DNA of 64,000 nucleotides from an uncultured virus (IMG/VR IMGVR_UViG_3300030333_006991). Lineage: Duplodnaviria; Heunggongvirae; Uroviricota; Caudoviricetes. Both the position numbers and the translations under genes were made by a program. Shown piece after piece: positions 60,301-64,000 of the stretch (its first letter is position 1; each line of letters opens with the position of its first letter). The notes under the pieces are model-generated. The model saw nothing but the letters and a program-made list of their open reading frames with translations, ran no database searches and was not told the DNA's origin. The stretch lies in the IMG/VR virus record IMGVR_UViG_3300030333_006991; one strand, given 5' to 3'.

Positions 60301-63288
60301 ATGCCACATGATTCTCAGGCCACAAAAATCTTGGGTGCGCTCAATTATGAAGTGACGAGTGAGGTTTACGGTTCCACTGACTCCTTGAAAAAACTCGCTC
60401 GGAATCAATTGCTCTTACCGCCTTTGATGTGGTCGGCTTGCGATTTGAATAACTTACATTTTAGTGGAATTATCAACGCTGAACCTTTAGATTTTGCAGA
60501 AGGTTTGTTGTCTGAGGCAAAGGCGTTTCAAGAAATATGGCCTAAATCACAATCAGTATACAAAGCAACTATGACTTCGTGGGTAAACTCAAAGGTCAAT
60601 CTTCTTTTAGGACAGCAAAGTGTCCCTGAGTGGGTGGCCGTAGCCAATCTGTTCACAAAAATGGATGACTTGGCAAATCCTCAGTATCTTAGGCAGATTC
60701 AGGCTCGATGGTGGGGTTTAGTGAGTCCTTACCGCACAGAATATGAGGCTAAAGGAAAAGCCGTAACTGATGAAATCACTACTTTTTTCGATAGATTTAG
60801 TGGTTACGGAAGAGGAATGCAGTATTATCCTTCTTTAGTTGAAAGTTTGATTTCGGGAAAAACAGACACGCTAAGTGTAATTTCCATTGATGGAACGAAA
60901 AGAGGTGTGATTAAACAAGCCTACGACACAAAAGGGCAACCTTGTAGTAATGCTATGCAAGCCCCCTTCACAGTGGATGTTACATGGGATGATGGCTCGA
61001 CAGAGCAGATTAGTTATCTCGGTGTGCGTCAATTAGACCCAATTCTTGGTAAACCAATGGAATGCAGGGCTCAATGGACTTTAAGCCCAATAGACGATAT
61101 TGGTGTTCCTCGACAAACCAATGACTTCGTTAGAAAAATGGGTGCTATTATCTTGATTAGTGGACTTGAAATGAAAGATGGCCGAGGTCTACCTCTAACG
61201 GAAAGAATAGCGAAATGGTCTTCAATGGCAGGACAGTATCTTCAAGAGGCTGCTAAAAGTGAAACCTATATGAGGATGCAAGAAACAAATGCAAGTGGAG
61301 ATACTGTTCACGGTTTGGAAACCACTCTTGGGAAAAGAATAATGGAAGAGATTGGAGAGTATCTTCGCTCACACCCTGCTAACATTCAAGCCATAGGTCC
61401 AAAAATAGCGGCCTTTTTAGATGATGAAGAAGTTTATCCTTTAGGCTCTGTGAAAGATTCAGGCTTGGTTCTATGTCCACATTGTAAATATTGTGAAAAC
61501 ATTAGCGAGGCAGATTGGCAAGATTTTGGTATTCAATGCTTCGGTGAATCAGATGCTATGATGTCTGTGAGATGGAATTTAATGAATCAGAAAAGAGGTT
61601 ATGGTTTCCAAGCCGTAGGAAGGCTCGCTTGTAAATCATGCCACAAGGATTACTACCGTAAATTCTATCCTGTTTACAAAACTTTCAATAACCAATTACC
61701 CCTTAATTCAATTTCTACCTATCTTACACCTAATGTGTTGATTGATGATAGTAGAAACGGTGGCACTTGTGGGCAAGGAGCAGTAGCCGCATACACCTTT
61801 TTGATGCCTGTGAATAAGGGATATAGTGATGAAACAGGATTGCCTCGGTTGCGAATCTTTTCCCGACTTGGAAATCTGTATAGGGCTAATGATTTACCTT
61901 TGGAAGTTGGAAGTCAATCAAGAGCATTACAGCGTGTGACCTTTTGTTCAGGAAAAAGTATTGTTAAAAGTGCAAGAATGGCTTCTCATGCCTATTATGA
62001 CGCCTTTTTAGCCCCTAAAGGAAGAGGTTTGAACATGGAAGATTACACAGGGTTGAATCGAACAGATTTCAACACAGGAGCGTTAGGCAATCGAGAATGT
62101 GCTTGGTGCGAAAGTGTAGGTAGAAGTGTAGGAGAAGAGGTTCCCACTACCTTAACGGAAGGTTCTTATTTCACAGGAGATTCATCTTTCCTTTCAATTG
62201 AAAGACGAGGAGATGGAGGTAGAAAATTTGACCGTATTGATAAAGATTACGATGCCGATGTGTTTGAAACAATGGACCCCTTTACAGGAATGATGATTCA
62301 AGAAGAACACATTAACTACTATAAAATCCGCTTAGTAGGCAATAATATCATCCGTTATTTGCACATTAAACCTGATGATTTAGGTATTGCTATTCCCGTT
62401 CCTGATAAAACCCTCGCTCAGAATATTACTTACGCTGAACCTCCTTGTCCTAACGAAGAAGCCAATCTTTTATTCCCTGCTAAATCCTTGTATACAAAAT
62501 ATTTGATGGCGAAAGCAAAACAAGAAATGTCTACACCTCAAGTAACAGTATGTGAACAACTCGCATATTCCGCTCGCTTAGGAGAAAATGGGTGGGAACC
62601 TGCGGTTTGTCCTGACCGTTATCAAGAAAGCCTGTCTTTTTCCTTCGGCCATCCTCTCTTCACGAAAACAGGAGAAGACATCCAAATTGAAACTTGGGCA
62701 GAGGGGAATAAAGCGTGTTGGACTCCTTCAGGCTCAATCGAAAGATTCCCTACTCCTCCTTTCACTCTTCAATCGGCTTCGTTAATCATCACTCCTTATG
62801 CAGATAATAGAAGGTCTACAAAATTGAAATCTTATCATATTCTTACTCAAGTGGGAAGCGAGTCGGAAGAAGTGATACTTGCTTCAGGGGAAACTTGTAT
62901 CAAAACCACTCCTTATTTGTGGTGTAGAGAATGTGAAAACAGTTATCATGGTGCGCCTAACTTAACTGAAGGTAAAGAGTGGGCTCTACCCAATGCTGTC
63001 GGTAATGAATACAAACGCCCCGATAGCGAGGTAGAACGGAGAGATGATACGGGAGGAGGATATAGTCCAACTTCAAAATGGAATTACACTTTGCCTGTGT
63101 ATCAGTGGACTGAAGGGAAGAGTATTCAAGATGCTATAATGGAGAATCCTTCTAAATGGACTAATATGTTTCCTCAAGAAGTCATCGAGTGGGTTCAAAA
63201 TGGACAGATATTACCTGATGTAGACACACAAGATGATGCGGATGAAGCAGAGATTGAATCTGTAAGTGATGATGAGAGTGGAGATTAA
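60301..63288 (+). CDS. Large hypothetical protein with several CxxC motifs
   Basis: CPHC, CKSC, CAWC, CREC; lies between the AAA and vWA genes. Confidence 0.75.
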   Translation: MPHDSQATKILGALNYEVTSEVYGSTDSLKKLARNQLLLPPLMWSACDLNNLHFSGIINAEPLDFAEGLLSEAKAFQEIWPKSQSVYKATMTSWVNSKVNLLLGQQSVPEWVAVANLFTKMDDLANPQYLRQIQARWWGLVSPYRTEYEAKGKAVTDEITTFFDRFSGYGRGMQYYPSLVESLISGKTDTLSVISIDGTKRGVIKQAYDTKGQPCSNAMQAPFTVDVTWDDGSTEQISYLGVRQLDPILGKPMECRAQWTLSPIDDIGVPRQTNDFVRKMGAIILISGLEMKDGRGLPLTERIAKWSSMAGQYLQEAAKSETYMRMQETNASGDTVHGLETTLGKRIMEEIGEYLRSHPANIQAIGPKIAAFLDDEEVYPLGSVKDSGLVLCPHCKYCENISEADWQDFGIQCFGESDAMMSVRWNLMNQKRGYGFQAVGRLACKSCHKDYYRKFYPVYKTFNNQLPLNSISTYLTPNVLIDDSRNGGTCGQGAVAAYTFLMPVNKGYSDETGLPRLRIFSRLGNLYRANDLPLEVGSQSRALQRVTFCSGKSIVKSARMASHAYYDAFLAPKGRGLNMEDYTGLNRTDFNTGALGNRECAWCESVGRSVGEEVPTTLTEGSYFTGDSSFLSIERRGDGGRKFDRIDKDYDADVFETMDPFTGMMIQEEHINYYKIRLVGNNIIRYLHIKPDDLGIAIPVPDKTLAQNITYAEPPCPNEEANLLFPAKSLYTKYLMAKAKQEMSTPQVTVCEQLAYSARLGENGWEPAVCPDRYQESLSFSFGHPLFTKTGEDIQIETWAEGNKACWTPSGSIERFPTPPFTLQSASLIITPYADNRRSTKLKSYHILTQVGSESEEVILASGETCIKTTPYLWCRECENSYHGAPNLTEGKEWALPNAVGNEYKRPDSEVERRDDTGGGYSPTSKWNYTLPVYQWTEGKSIQDAIMENPSKWTNMFPQEVIEWVQNGQILPDVDTQDDADEAEIESVSDDESGD

Positions 63289-63297
63289 GGAGGTGCT

Positions 63298-64000
63298 ATG
63301 ATGAGTGACGAAGAAGAGAAAAAGGAAGTAGCGGAAGAAGAGAAACTTGTAGATGCTACTGAGGCGGCTTCTGTTGCGTTGCCTGATGAATGGTGGCGTA
63401 ATAGTGCATTCGTCATCAAGGGTGGAGAAGAAATTAGTTGTAGCCCTCCACCCCCTGAAAGTATGGGTGATTTGTATGCGATTTTGAAGGATTTGTTACC
63501 TGCACTCCGTTCCGAAGGTGAATTGAAATTAAGGGGAAGAGTTTTGCGAGGTTTAACTGAATGGATTCCTGGTGTAGACCCTTTGGGTGACTTGATACCT
63601 GAAACATGGTTGCCTCCTCTACCTCCTGCTATTACAACTTTGATGAAAGTATACGAAGACGAAGTAGGAGATGAACCTGGTGGTGGAGGCCACCTTAATA
63701 TCATGGTGGACTTATCAGGGTCTATGGGCGCACGAATCGGGAAAACGAGTAGTGGGATGGACACAACTATTGTTACGGCTGCTATGTGTTTGGCTATGAT
63801 TATGATTAACGGTTGTGAATCGGGAGGTCACACTTTTGCGATAAACGCCTTTGGCTCAGGAGGAGGAAGTAACACCTTATGGTCAATTCCGAATCCTGAA
63901 GGCGATAGTTTCATCCAAGAGTTGAACAATTACACTCGTATGATTTGGGGTGAAAATCCTGCTCAGAGAAAGGATTACAGAGGGGCTATCGCTTCTATGA
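63298..64000 (+). CDS. von Willebrand factor A (vWA) domain protein, 3'-truncated
   Basis: GGAGGTG RBS; frame open to the window end; MIDAS motif LNIMVDLSGSM. Confidence 0.8.
   Translation, partial: MMSDEEEKKEVAEEEKLVDATEAASVALPDEWWRNSAFVIKGGEEISCSPPPPESMGDLYAILKDLLPALRSEGELKLRGRVLRGLTEWIPGVDPLGDLIPETWLPPLPPAITTLMKVYEDEVGDEPGGGGHLNIMVDLSGSMGARIGKTSSGMDTTIVTAAMCLAMIMINGCESGGHTFAINAFGSGGGSNTLWSIPNPEGDSFIQELNNYTRMIWGENPAQRKDYRGAIASM

Noticed and set aside
63285..63764. 159-aa minus-strand ORF
   Set aside because: Antisense to the vWA gene, which the track omits because it lacks a stop within the window

Overview
A gene-dense, AT-rich segment with almost all genes on the + strand. It most likely comes from a large archaeal virus or other extrachromosomal element. 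Support: archaeal-type PCNA, XPF/ERCC4 nuclease, BRE/TATA promoters, an LAGC lipobox and a thrombospondin-type-3-repeat protein. A marine Thermoplasmatota/Poseidoniales host is my inference. No capsid, terminase, integrase or polymerase gene is recognisable in the window. Recognisable genes: N6-adenine methyltransferase, DEDD exonuclease, nucleoside deoxyribosyltransferase-like protein, UvsE, two HTH paralogs, GIY-YIG/T5orf172 nuclease, PCD-HAD fusion, GT-B glycosyltransferase, Mom-like protein, WGR protein, ERCC4 nuclease, PCNA, class II ribonucleotide reductase, tRNA-Arg(TCT), Get3/ArsA ATPase, SAM methyltransferase and a MoxR AAA/vWA pair. The main finding is a short motif, G-[LIVF]-L-N-W-x-(W), in 23 mostly unrelated ORFs between 3 and 45 kb. 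It is C-terminal in 13, N-terminal in 8 (including a 24-aa ORF that is little more than the tag), and internal at apparent fusion junctions in 2. It looks like an undescribed protein address tag (cargo-loading or docking signal), a gene-cassette junction, or both. Other findings: a Get3-like ATPase next to tail-anchored proteins, a ~190-nt structured RNA with a tRNA-like end next to the tRNA, a repeated YTCTTATAGT promoter, a 35-bp segment shared by two unrelated genes, and apparent strong avoidance of several 4-mers. All counts were made by eye.
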